A DNA stretch of 32,000 nt from an uncultured Opitutales bacterium (GCA_934660865.1 CAKUIA010000005.1:60001-92000), one strand, 5' to 3'. Shown: positions 1 through 8,229, counted from the first letter of the stretch. Numbers and translations: made by a program. Notes: generated from the letters alone by a model not told the origin.

Positions 1-1
1 G

Positions 2-30
2 TTGACTATGCTTTAAAGTAAAATTTTTAT
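2..30 (+). promoter_or_regulatory. candidate sigma70-type promoter for the GDPD gene (TTGACT, 17-nt spacer, TTTTAT)
   Basis: TTGACT at 2-7, a 17-nt spacer, and TTTTAT at 25-30, about 10 nt before the ATG at 41. The -10 element is weak. Confidence 0.3.
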
Positions 31-40
31 GTAAACACAT

Positions 41-868
41 ATGATGAACACGAAAAATTTTAAAATCGGAATTTTAACGGTGGCGTTAAGCGCATTTGGC
101 GCAGGCGCATTGCAGGCCGGCTATGTTGTAGCCCACAGGGGAGAATCGCATTTGCGCCCGCAAAATACAACCGAGTCCATGTCGCTTGCCTGGCAAAACG
201 GTATAAAGTATGTAGAGGGCGACTTCCATTCGACAAAGGGAGGCGACATTGTTTGCGTGCACGTTCAGCACGAGTTCGAAGAATTTTACGGCATAAAAAA
301 GCCCATTGCTTCGCTTACAAAAGACGAAGTTGCCAACGCCAAGCTTGCCAACAAAAGATGGGAAAAATACAACGGCCTGCCGCTGCCTAAAATAGAGGAT
401 ATTTTTAAGATTCAGCCCAAAGACGGCGTTTTGGTTTTGGAAATTAAGAATATGGACGAAACCTTTATGCAAAAGGTAGACGCCGCAAGAAAGGCGAACA
501 ATTTGCCCAAAAGCGCGATTGTGTTTATTGCCTTTAACTTTAACCATCTTGTTTCCGTAAAAAAATTCGACAAAGACTATAAATGCCTTTGGCTTTACGG
601 CCTTAACGAAAAGAACGTTAAAAAAGACCTTACCCCCGACAAAGTAATCAAACGCATAAAAGCCGCGGGCTTTGAGGGCGTAGACGTAGGCGGCACAAAG
701 TTTATAGACGAAGACTATGTACAGGCATTTAAACAGGCAAACCTTGAATTTTTGGTTTGGACTGTAGACAGCGACGCGGAAGCCAAACGCCTTTTGGAAA
801 TAGGCGTAGACGCCATTACAACCAACCGCGCAACCGACATGAAAAAGAAGCTGCGCCTGGGCAGATAG
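41..868 (+). CDS. glycerophosphodiester phosphodiesterase (GDPD) family protein, secreted
   Basis: 275-aa ORF with an N-terminal signal-like segment (ILTVALSAFGAGALQA). GDPD hallmarks are present: VAHRGES..PQNT.ES and EGDFH. TIM-barrel-like C-terminal motif VWTVD...GVDAITTN. Confidence 0.75.
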   Translation: MMNTKNFKIGILTVALSAFGAGALQAGYVVAHRGESHLRPQNTTESMSLAWQNGIKYVEGDFHSTKGGDIVCVHVQHEFEEFYGIKKPIASLTKDEVANAKLANKRWEKYNGLPLPKIEDIFKIQPKDGVLVLEIKNMDETFMQKVDAARKANNLPKSAIVFIAFNFNHLVSVKKFDKDYKCLWLYGLNEKNVKKDLTPDKVIKRIKAAGFEGVDVGGTKFIDEDYVQAFKQANLEFLVWTVDSDAEAKRLLEIGVDAITTNRATDMKKKLRLGR

Positions 869-915
869 TTTAAGATCCAACAAGATTTTGCAAAAAAACA
901 AGGAAGAAGAAATTG

Positions 916-3138
916 ATGAAAAAACTGTCTATATACCTATCCATATTGATGATGGCCACCGCCGCGCAAGTTGGCATTGGCGCGGAGAAAGCCGTAGCGC
1001 CAATCGACTACACAAACCTGCTTTTGGGAACGGATATTTTCCCCTATCCCGAATTGGCGGGGCACAATTCGCAAGACCCCGATTTCGGGCTATATGCCAA
1101 CGAAATTGTCGGCCCCAGAATGCCCGACGGAATGGTGTCGCCTTCGCCTTTAACAAGCTTTAGGGGCATAACATACCATGCGCGCGGCGCGGGCTATTGC
1201 CACTCCGACAAATACATTATAGGCTTTTCGCAGCTAAATACCGAGTATAACTCGTATATGAACCCGATAATAATGCCCGTTGTAGGCAGGCTTTATACGG
1301 CTTCGGGCGACGCCGACGACACCGTTGGCTACCGCGTGGAAAAAGATTCGGCAACAGAAATCGCAAAGCCGTATTACTACACTGTTCAGCTGAAAAACGG
1401 CGTTAAAGCCGAAATTACAACCACAAAGCACGTCGGGTTTTACCGCTACACATTCCCAAAAAGCGTAAAATCAAAAATTTTGCTGGATTTGGCGGCAACC
1501 CACAAGCACTCGAAAATTACCGACGCCTGGCTAAAGGTTGTAGACAACAACACCGTTGAAGGCTACCAAAAGCTTGATTTGCCGCAGTCTTTTAACTACT
1601 ACGGCAACAATGTATATTTTGTAGCAAAGTTCGACAAGCCCTACCGCTGCTTCGCCTTGTGGAACGACAAGCAGATATACCAAACCGACTGGGCGTTAAG
1701 GCAGGTAGAAAAATCGGGAGGGGTATCAAAACTCGGCATGTTCGGCGACTACTGCACAAGCGAGGGCGAGCAAATACAAGTTAAAATTGCAATCTCGCCC
1801 ATAAGCATTAAAGACGCGTATGCCAAGCTCGAAAGCGAAACTCCTAATTGGGATTTTGCGGCCACAGCCGAAAAATGCAAAAACGCATGGGAAAATCTCT
1901 TCTCGAAAATACAGGTTGAAGGCGGAAGCGACGACCAAAAAGCCCTGTTTTACACTTCGATTTTGCGTTGTGCAAGGTTTGCCGAAGTGGAAAACATAAG
2001 CATGCTTTCTACAATGAACTATCAGGTTCTGTTTTTGCTGGAACCCGAAGCCATTAGGGATAAAATAGACGGCATTGTAAAATCGGGCTATGTGCGCAGG
2101 GGCTTTTTCGGCAACGGCTTTGTTCCGTATTCGCTGAGCTTTTACCGCAGGGGCGTAAAGGAAATAGACTTAAAGACAATTTACGCAAAATACTTTAAGC
2201 TTGTAAACGACCCGAAATACGAACGCTACGGCGATTTCCTAAAATACGGTTATCTGCCCTACATTCACCGCGAAAGCGGCGTATACGAAATGAACGACGA
2301 CTGCGCAAACAGAACGCTCGGCTACGCATACGAATTCTACTGCCTTGCCGAAATGGCAAAGGAAATAGGCCGCCCGCAAAGCGAAATAGATTTTCTTGTT
2401 AAAAATTCCAAAAACTATAAAAACCTGTTAGACCCCAAGTCGGGTTTCATACGAGCAAAAACAGCCGACGGCAAGTGGCTTGAGCCCTTCGACCCCGCCG
2501 CCAGCAGCCTGCGAAGCCCCTACAACGAGGGCAACGCATGGCAATATACCTATATGATTTTGCACGACATTCCCGAATTGATAAAAATTACGGGCGGCAA
2601 CGAAGCGTTTGTTGCCAAGCTGGACAAGCTGTTTACAACCCCCAACCACAACGCGATTTGCGACGTTTCGGGCATGATTGGCTGCTACACGCACGGCAAC
2701 GGCAACGACAGGTTTATCCCCTATCTTTATGTAGAGGCGGGCGCTCCCCATAAAACCCAAAAATGGGTGCGCTACATAATGGACACAATGTATAAAAACG
2801 CGACAGGCTCGCTGCCGAACAACGACGACTACGGCAACCTATCGGGCTGGTATGTTATGAGCGCAATGGGGCTTTACCCGCCGATAAACACGGCTGCAGG
2901 CGACGAATTTGTTTTGGGGTCGCCCCTGTTTAAAAAGATTACATTGAAGCTGCCCGAATATATCTACGGCGGCAACACATTCACAATAGAGTGCGAAAAC
3001 TACGCCCCCGAAAATATCTATGTTGAATCGGTAGAGCTAGACGGCAAAAAACTGGAAAACTTTAAGATGCCCATAAGCGCATTAAAAACGGGCAAAAAGT
3101 TGGTATTTAAAATGTCGCCTACGCCGGCTGTAAAATAG
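916..3138 (+). CDS. glycoside hydrolase family 92-like protein (putative alpha-mannosidase family), secreted
   Basis: 740 aa with a signal-like N-terminus and an AGGAAGAAG RBS at 901-909. GH92-type blocks include GFSQLN, YGYLPY, NRTLGYAYEFYCLAEMA, EGNAWQYTYMILHD, HGN..IPYLY and NNDDYGNLSGWYVMSAMGLYP. The start was moved from TTG 913 to ATG 916. Confidence 0.75.
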   Translation: MKKLSIYLSILMMATAAQVGIGAEKAVAPIDYTNLLLGTDIFPYPELAGHNSQDPDFGLYANEIVGPRMPDGMVSPSPLTSFRGITYHARGAGYCHSDKYIIGFSQLNTEYNSYMNPIIMPVVGRLYTASGDADDTVGYRVEKDSATEIAKPYYYTVQLKNGVKAEITTTKHVGFYRYTFPKSVKSKILLDLAATHKHSKITDAWLKVVDNNTVEGYQKLDLPQSFNYYGNNVYFVAKFDKPYRCFALWNDKQIYQTDWALRQVEKSGGVSKLGMFGDYCTSEGEQIQVKIAISPISIKDAYAKLESETPNWDFAATAEKCKNAWENLFSKIQVEGGSDDQKALFYTSILRCARFAEVENISMLSTMNYQVLFLLEPEAIRDKIDGIVKSGYVRRGFFGNGFVPYSLSFYRRGVKEIDLKTIYAKYFKLVNDPKYERYGDFLKYGYLPYIHRESGVYEMNDDCANRTLGYAYEFYCLAEMAKEIGRPQSEIDFLVKNSKNYKNLLDPKSGFIRAKTADGKWLEPFDPAASSLRSPYNEGNAWQYTYMILHDIPELIKITGGNEAFVAKLDKLFTTPNHNAICDVSGMIGCYTHGNGNDRFIPYLYVEAGAPHKTQKWVRYIMDTMYKNATGSLPNNDDYGNLSGWYVMSAMGLYPPINTAAGDEFVLGSPLFKKITLKLPEYIYGGNTFTIECENYAPENIYVESVELDGKKLENFKMPISALKTGKKLVFKMSPTPAVK

Positions 3139-3167
3139 CGCGGCAAAACAAAAAAGATTAGCATGTT

Positions 3168-3207
3168 AAGTTCCCGTTTCCCTGCAAAGCGGGAACTTTT
3201 TGTTTTT
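3168..3207 (+). terminator. rho-independent terminator of the GH92 gene
   Basis: AAGTTCCCG and CGGGAACTT form a 9-bp stem with an 11-nt loop. The hairpin is followed by TTTTTGTTTTT, 30 nt after the stop codon. Confidence 0.8.
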
Positions 3208-3308
3208 ACGCGTCTTTTGCGCCTCAGCAAAAAAAACCGATTCAAATTAAAGCGATTGCCTCCCCCGCCTTTGCGGTATGCCGACACGCCTGCGCAAGCG
3301 CCGCATAC

Positions 3309-3347
3309 AAAAAAACGGGCGAAGCATAGAAACTTCGCCCATTTTTT
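3309..3347. terminator. bidirectional rho-independent terminator hairpin
   Basis: GGGCGAAG (3317-3324) pairs with CTTCGCCC (3333-3340), an 8-bp GC-rich stem. It is flanked by A7 (3309-3315) on the left and T6 (3342-3347) on the right, so either strand reads hairpin plus U-run. Confidence 0.8.
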
Positions 3348-3350
3348 AAT

Positions 3351-3455
3351 TGGGGTCGGGAAAACCACGGCGCCCAAGCTTGCAGACTACCGTTGCTTTC
3401 TTCCGAATCTGGCGGGGTTCGCCCGAAGACATGCCGCATGGCTCCCAACCTTGGT
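3351..3455 (-). ncRNA. ffs: probable signal recognition particle RNA (small bacterial 4.5S type)
   Basis: The minus strand reads CCGCCAGAUUCGGAAGAAAGCAACGG. This gives a GGAA tetraloop (3404-3401) closed by UUC/GAA, a CAGA/AGCA symmetric-loop pair, and an ACC-containing 5-prime asymmetric loop. A 14-bp closing helix forms between GGUUGGGAG-CCAUG (3450-3437) and CGUGG-UU-UUCCCGACC (3368-3354). A strong terminator lies directly downstream on the same strand. Compared with the E. coli motif CAGGUCCGGAAGGAAGCAGC, the UCC/GGA to UUC/GAA change is compensatory. Confidence 0.55.
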
Positions 3456-3490
3456 ACAAAAGCTTTCATAAACGGCCGTCTTTATCAAGC

Positions 3491-4489
3491 CTATTTTTTA
3501 TCGAAAAAGCCTTTCGGGTATATCCCGTAAAAATTGTTGTATACCCTTTTGAAAAATCCGCGTGAATATATGTTTTCGTCGGCGTCTAAATGGCGCATTT
3601 TTAAAAGCACCCCGCGCGAGTCTCTGCCGCCGAAGGCCCCCGGGAAAAAGTACATTTCAACCTCAACTTTGTCGCCCTCGTTATACGAGCTTATGTCGTG
3701 AAGGCTGTCGTTCCTTAGCGGAATAAATGTTTTCGGGGTGTAAAAAGTCTCCTCCAAATAAATGCCTATGCGGCGGCGCTTGTCTTTTGTAAAAAGCCCC
3801 CTTGTTTTAAAGGTTTTGCCCGCCTTCATCAAGGCATATTCGCCGCTTGTCGCCATAGAGGGGTTGCGCGCAATTCTCGCGTCTATCCATTCGCCCTCTT
3901 TTTCGGAATTTTTGGCGGAAAAGAACGAGGCCTTTTCGCCTATTTCGGCGGCCGAGGCAGATTTATGCAGCCCCGTATGGCACAAGATTTTTTCGGCAAA
4001 ACGCACGCGCCCGTTTTCTATTTTTAGATATACGTTTTCAAGCCCCAGATAGTTTTCGGTGTCTTTTGCAAGGGGCTTGCTTGCCCTGATAGAACCGCTA
4101 AACCAATCGCAAAAAACGGGGTATTTGGCGTTTTTACCGAAAAGTTTTTCGGCCGAAACTGCAACATCTTTTACCATAACAAGCGGGCTTTTGCCCTCTA
4201 TGCCGTAGCGCGAATAGTCGGTTCTAACAACAACGCCTTCTATGTAAAACTTTGCGTCTTTAACCGAAAAACTTGCAATGTAGCCGCGCGGTATTCTGGG
4301 GTTTGGCAGGCGCGTTCTTAGCGCCGCCCACGCCCTTTTGTTTTTCGCCAAATATTTTTCGAGAGGGAATCTATACAGCTCGTAGTTTTCGCCTTCAAAA
4401 ACCAGTACATCGGGCTCGGTATACAGCGACTCTGCGCGGGCGAAAAGCGCCAGCGAAAGAAAGGCCGCAATATACGCTAGCAATTTCAT
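3491..4489 (-). CDS. hypothetical secreted protein, last gene of the suf operon
   Basis: 332 aa with a clear signal peptide (MKLLAYIAAFLSLALFARA/ES) and no motif I recognise. Its ATG overlaps the sufD stop (ATGA at 4486-4489). Confidence 0.6.
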   Translation of the reverse strand: MKLLAYIAAFLSLALFARAESLYTEPDVLVFEGENYELYRFPLEKYLAKNKRAWAALRTRLPNPRIPRGYIASFSVKDAKFYIEGVVVRTDYSRYGIEGKSPLVMVKDVAVSAEKLFGKNAKYPVFCDWFSGSIRASKPLAKDTENYLGLENVYLKIENGRVRFAEKILCHTGLHKSASAAEIGEKASFFSAKNSEKEGEWIDARIARNPSMATSGEYALMKAGKTFKTRGLFTKDKRRRIGIYLEETFYTPKTFIPLRNDSLHDISSYNEGDKVEVEMYFFPGAFGGRDSRGVLLKMRHLDADENIYSRGFFKRVYNNFYGIYPKGFFDKK

Positions 4490-5589
4490 GCTTCTTCGGA
4501 GGTTGGCAGGGCTTGGCTATAGTTTGCAAAGGCTTCGGCAATAAGTTTTTTTGCCTGAATGTCGTTTAACCCGCGCGAATTTAGGTAGAACACCTGCTCG
4601 GGCTCGGGCATGGAAACCGCACAACCGTGCGAACATTCCACATCGTTTGCGCAAATTTCGAGGACGGGGCTTGCCTGCACTTTTGCGCTTTCGCTTAAAA
4701 GCAGCGTTTTGCACGACTGTTTTGCCTCGCACAATTCGCCGCTTTCGCTTATGTGAACTACGCCCATAAAAGCGGCCTTTGCGGAATTGTCCAAAACGTT
4801 TTTAACGTCTAAAAAGCTTTTGCACGACTTTGTTTTGTGTATTTGCTCGCTGCAAAAATCGTGCTTGCAGTTTGCCGAATTTCTTACAAAGGCCTTGCCC
4901 CTCAACTCGGCGTTTGTGCCCTTAAACAAAAACGACGCCTCGCACCTGCTGGAACTTTGCCCCGTTTGCACGTTGTAAAACTCCAAATTGCTGTTGTCGT
5001 TTAGGCAAAAGACGTGCTTTGCATACAGCAACGCGTTGGTGTCGGCATTGTTTAAATACGAAATTTTAAGCTTTGCGTTTTCGCCCAATTCTATGTGCGA
5101 AACAAAATCGGCAAAGGAATTTTCGGGAGCGCAATTTTCCACGTAAATTTCGGCCGCGGCGTTTTTTTGAACGCTTATTTTCAGCGCAAGGGGGCTAAAA
5201 GCCGCATTGTTTGCAAGTTTTATTAAAACGCCCTTTTGCAAAGTTTGGGCTATATTTAGCTCTAAAACGCAGTCGGCACTTGCGGCGGCCAAAAGCCCTA
5301 TTTTGCCGAAAGCTTCAAATTCTTTATCCGCATTAGAGCGCTTAAGCGACAGGCTTTCAGCGGCAAACTCTAAAAAGGAGCTTTCGCCCAATTTAAATTT
5401 GTAAAAATCCCCTTCGGGCAAGCCGTCGAAATCGAAAAACGAAAACTTTTTGTCTAAAACCCCTTTTTTGGAGGCCAAAAAGCCCTCTATGTTTTCCTTC
5501 GAAAATGCGGCAAAATCGGCAAAACGCCAAAATTCCATTTTTTTTGTTGGATACTCCGAAGCCGAAAACTCCTTTAAATTTGTCTGCAT
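4486..5589 (-). CDS. sufD: Fe-S cluster assembly protein SufD
   Basis: 367 aa starting at MQTNLKEF. The C-terminal SufB/SufD-type block is VECSHGCAVSMPEPEQVFYLNSRGL. It sits immediately after sufB with a TAATG stop/start overlap at 5589. The ORF-track N-terminal extension (5590-5865) lies inside sufB and was dropped. Confidence 0.8.
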   Translation of the reverse strand: MQTNLKEFSASEYPTKKMEFWRFADFAAFSKENIEGFLASKKGVLDKKFSFFDFDGLPEGDFYKFKLGESSFLEFAAESLSLKRSNADKEFEAFGKIGLLAAASADCVLELNIAQTLQKGVLIKLANNAAFSPLALKISVQKNAAAEIYVENCAPENSFADFVSHIELGENAKLKISYLNNADTNALLYAKHVFCLNDNSNLEFYNVQTGQSSSRCEASFLFKGTNAELRGKAFVRNSANCKHDFCSEQIHKTKSCKSFLDVKNVLDNSAKAAFMGVVHISESGELCEAKQSCKTLLLSESAKVQASPVLEICANDVECSHGCAVSMPEPEQVFYLNSRGLNDIQAKKLIAEAFANYSQALPTSEEA

Positions 5590-7001
5590 TAGCCTACCGC
5601 CCCTTCCATTTCGATTTCTATAAGCCTCTTTAGCTCTACCGAATATTCCAGCGGAAATTCCCTTACCAAGTCGTTTACAAAGCCGTTTACCGAAAGGCTT
5701 ATCGCCTGCTGTTCCGACAAGCCCCTTTGGCGCATGTAGAATATCTGCTCTTCGTTTAGTTTCGAAACGCTCGCTTCGTGGTGGATAAAGTTCGACTGCC
5801 CCGAACACGTTATTGCCGGATATGTATCCGAGCGCGAATTTGAATTTATAAGCAAAGCGTCGCAAACGGTGTTGTTTTTGCAGCCCTTTACGTTTTGCGG
5901 CATATAAACAAGCCCCCTGTACGACGCCCTGCCGTCGGCAATGCTGATGGATTTCGACGTTATGTTCGAGGTTGTGTTGTCCGCCAAATGTATCATTTTC
6001 GCGCCCGTGTCCTGGTGCTGGCCCTTGTTGGCAAGGGCAATGGAAAGCACTTCGCCCGAAGCGCCCTCGCCCTTCAACACAACGGCGGGATATTTCATGG
6101 TAAGCCCCGAACCTACGTTGCAGTCTATCCAGCGTATTTCGGCGTTTTCTTCGGCCATGCCGCGCTTTGTTACAAGGTTGTATACGCTGTTAGACCAGTT
6201 TTGCACGGTTACGTACTGTATTTTTGCGCCCTTTAGCGCAACAAGCTCGACTACCGCCGAGTGCAGATTGCCCTCGTCGAATTTCGGGGCGGTGCACCCC
6301 TCCATATACATAAGTTCCGAGCCTTCGTCGGCAATAATCAATGTTCTTTCGAACTGCCCGAAATTTTGCGCGTTTATCCTAAAATAGGCCTGCAATGGCT
6401 GCGAAACCTTTACGCCCTTTGGCACGTAAATAAAGCTGCCGCCGCTAAATACCGCGCTGTTTAGCGCCGAATACTTGTTGTCGGAGGGCGGAATTATCTT
6501 GCCGAAATACTTTCTGAATATTTCGGGATATTTCATAAGCCCTTCGGTCGAGTCTACAAAGATAACCCCCAATTTGGAAAGGTGGTCTTTCATATTCGAG
6601 TATGCCGACTCCGAGTCGAACTGGGCTTCCACCCCGGCCAAAAACGCCCTTTCCTGCTCCGGCACGCCCAGTTTTTCGAAAGTGGTTTTTACGTCGTGGG
6701 GAACTTCCTCCCACGAGCGCGTTTTCTTTGCGCCCTTAGCCAAATAGTATCTGATTTTTTGGAAATCTATTTTTGCTATTTGCGGGTTTGCCCAATTTAG
6801 GGGGTTTTCCTTTGCAAAAAAGGTCTTTAGCGCCTTTAACCTGAAGTTTAAAACCCATTCGTCTTCGCCCTTAACCGAGGATATGTATTTTACAACGTCT
6901 TCGTTAAGGCCCGAACCCGCGTCGTAAGCGTAGTCTTCGGCGAATTTAAAATCGCCTATGTCGCGCTCGAAACCGAGCTTTATGTTTTTTTCGGCGGGCA
7001 T
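5589..7001 (-). CDS. sufB: Fe-S cluster assembly protein SufB
   Basis: 470 aa from MPAEKNIK. Typical SufB blocks are present: [39 protein letters not shown] and [21 protein letters not shown]. The start was chosen at ATG 7001, one nt after the sufC stop. Confidence 0.9.
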   Translation of the reverse strand: MPAEKNIKLGFERDIGDFKFAEDYAYDAGSGLNEDVVKYISSVKGEDEWVLNFRLKALKTFFAKENPLNWANPQIAKIDFQKIRYYLAKGAKKTRSWEEVPHDVKTTFEKLGVPEQERAFLAGVEAQFDSESAYSNMKDHLSKLGVIFVDSTEGLMKYPEIFRKYFGKIIPPSDNKYSALNSAVFSGGSFIYVPKGVKVSQPLQAYFRINAQNFGQFERTLIIADEGSELMYMEGCTAPKFDEGNLHSAVVELVALKGAKIQYVTVQNWSNSVYNLVTKRGMAEENAEIRWIDCNVGSGLTMKYPAVVLKGEGASGEVLSIALANKGQHQDTGAKMIHLADNTTSNITSKSISIADGRASYRGLVYMPQNVKGCKNNTVCDALLINSNSRSDTYPAITCSGQSNFIHHEASVSKLNEEQIFYMRQRGLSEQQAISLSVNGFVNDLVREFPLEYSVELKRLIEIEMEGAVG

Positions 7002-7002
7002 A

Positions 7003-7749
7003 CTACTTTTCGGCCTCCACAAAGTCGTAGCCGTATTTTTCAAGTTCCAGCGCCAAGTCGGCGCTGCCCGACTTTACGATTTTGCCCCCGCTTAAAATGT
7101 GCACAACATCGGGCTTAATGTGTTCAAGCAAACGGTGGTAGTGGGTAATCATCAAAATGCCCACGTCTTTGTTTTTGTACGAATTTATGCCCTCCGAAAC
7201 AATGCGCAGGGCGTCCACGTCCAAACCGCTGTCTATTTCGTCTAAAATCGCAAAGCGGGGCTTAAGCATAAGCATTTGCAGAACGTCGCACCTCTTTTTT
7301 TCGCCGCCCGAAAAGCCCTCGTTTAGGCTTCGCGCCGAAAAAGACGAGTCCATTTTAAGCTGCGCCATCTTTTCGCGCAACTCCTTGTAGAACAGGGGAA
7401 CGTTTACCTCCTGCCCCTCCGGCAGCCTTGCCTGCAGACAGGCCCTTATAAAATTGGCAATGCTTACCCCCGCAATTTCGACGGGGTTTTGGAAAGCCAA
7501 AAACATTCCCATTTTGGAGATTTCGTCGGGGCTTTTGCCCACAAGGCTTTCGCCGTTTAGCTCGGCTTTGCCGCCCGCAATAACGTAGTCTTTATGCCCC
7601 GAAAGGGCTTTGGAAAGGCTGCTTTTGCCCGTGCCGTTGGGCCCCATTATAACGTGTACGGAACCGTTGGGAACATGCAAATTAAGGCCGTCTATCAAAA
7701 GCCTATCGCCCAGTTTCACCTTTAAATTTTCAAGATACAATCCGTCCAT
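7003..7749 (-). CDS. sufC: Fe-S cluster assembly ATPase SufC
   Basis: 248 aa with Walker [12 protein letters not shown] signature [12 protein letters not shown], Walker [13 protein letters not shown] and H-loop ITHY. It sits upstream of sufB. Confidence 0.9.
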   Translation of the reverse strand: MDGLYLENLKVKLGDRLLIDGLNLHVPNGSVHVIMGPNGTGKSSLSKALSGHKDYVIAGGKAELNGESLVGKSPDEISKMGMFLAFQNPVEIAGVSIANFIRACLQARLPEGQEVNVPLFYKELREKMAQLKMDSSFSARSLNEGFSGGEKKRCDVLQMLMLKPRFAILDEIDSGLDVDALRIVSEGINSYKNKDVGILMITHYHRLLEHIKPDVVHILSGGKIVKSGSADLALELEKYGYDFVEAEK

Positions 7750-7752
7750 AAA

Positions 7753-8136
7753 CTATGCCTTAAAACATTTTACAAATGCCGCATCAAAATCGTAGCCGTT
7801 GTCGAAATCCTCTATTTTGTCGTCGTCGTTTTTCGAAAGCTCGCCCACCTTTATCATATTGAACACGATTTCGCCGAAATCCCTGCAGGTTTTCACGTTC
7901 CATTCGTCCAGCAAAACCTTTGCCATTGGCCCGAATGTTTCTATGCCGAATTCGCGGATACCGTCCAGCAATTCGGCCGCGCTTACATGCCGCGAACCCC
8001 TGCCCGCCTTTTGCGCCGCCGCCTTTTTTACCGTATAGTCTAGCGCCATTCTGACAAAAACATACGCGCCCAACGCATAGCGTTTGTCGTCCTTAAAAAT
8101 AAGTTCCAGAGCCTTTTCGAAATCTCTTTGTGCCAT
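7753..8136 (-). CDS. small conserved hypothetical protein, first gene of the suf operon
   Basis: 127 aa, soluble, with an acidic C-terminal region (KNDDDKIEDFDNGYDFDAAF). Its stop lies 3 nt before the sufC ATG. I tentatively recall similar about 130-aa proteins from Planctomycetes/Verrucomicrobia-type genomes, but I cannot verify this. Confidence 0.55.
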   Translation of the reverse strand: MAQRDFEKALELIFKDDKRYALGAYVFVRMALDYTVKKAAAQKAGRGSRHVSAAELLDGIREFGIETFGPMAKVLLDEWNVKTCRDFGEIVFNMIKVGELSKNDDDKIEDFDNGYDFDAAFVKCFKA

Positions 8137-8211
8137 AATCGTATATATCGGCTTTTAGCGTTAAAAATATCCTTTGAAAGCTATTACAACAAATTGCCCA
8201 TATCAACAATA

Positions 8212-8229
8212 TTTTAATGCGCATTAAAA
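8212..8229. promoter_or_regulatory. perfect 18-bp palindrome TTTTAATGCGCATTAAAA, candidate operator in the suf / MBL divergent region
   Basis: Exact inverted repeat TTTTAATGC|GCATTAAAA. It lies 76 nt upstream of the first suf-operon gene and 46 nt upstream of the MBL gene. On the minus strand it overlaps a possible promoter, TTGCAA-19 nt-TAAAAT. Confidence 0.45.

Noticed and set aside
86-901. 271-aa ORF antisense to the GDPD gene. Similar long antisense ORFs lie at 8548-9054, 15117-15728, 17654-18304, 20415-21035, 21343-22230, 22023-22607 and 23544-24431.
   Set aside because: Each lies entirely opposite a gene with strong family motifs (GDPD, MBL, tex, rhaA, atpF/H, atpA, atpG, atpD). Their translations are low-complexity, rich in Arg, Phe, Cys and Val, with no recognisable motifs. 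They are shadow ORFs produced by the codon bias of the sense genes.
3405-3425. GGGGTTCGCCCG, superficially like a tRNA T-arm (GGTTCGA).
   Set aside because: No acceptor stem, D-arm or anticodon arm can be built around it. The segment instead fits inside the long imperfect hairpin of the candidate SRP RNA.
3163-3471. 102-aa plus-strand ORF, and overlapping small ORFs on both strands, in the GH92 / suf intergenic gap.
   Set aside because: It reads straight through two strong rho-independent terminators and the candidate SRP RNA. It is Arg/Lys/Pro-rich and has no RBS. The region is better explained as non-coding.
5590-5865. N-terminal 92-aa extension of sufD in the ORF track, and the 14-aa extension of sufB to 7043.
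   Set aside because: Both extensions overlap the conserved C-terminus of the upstream gene in another frame. Internal ATGs placed exactly at the upstream stop codons (TAATG, TAGnATG) give products that begin where SufD and SufB similarity begins.
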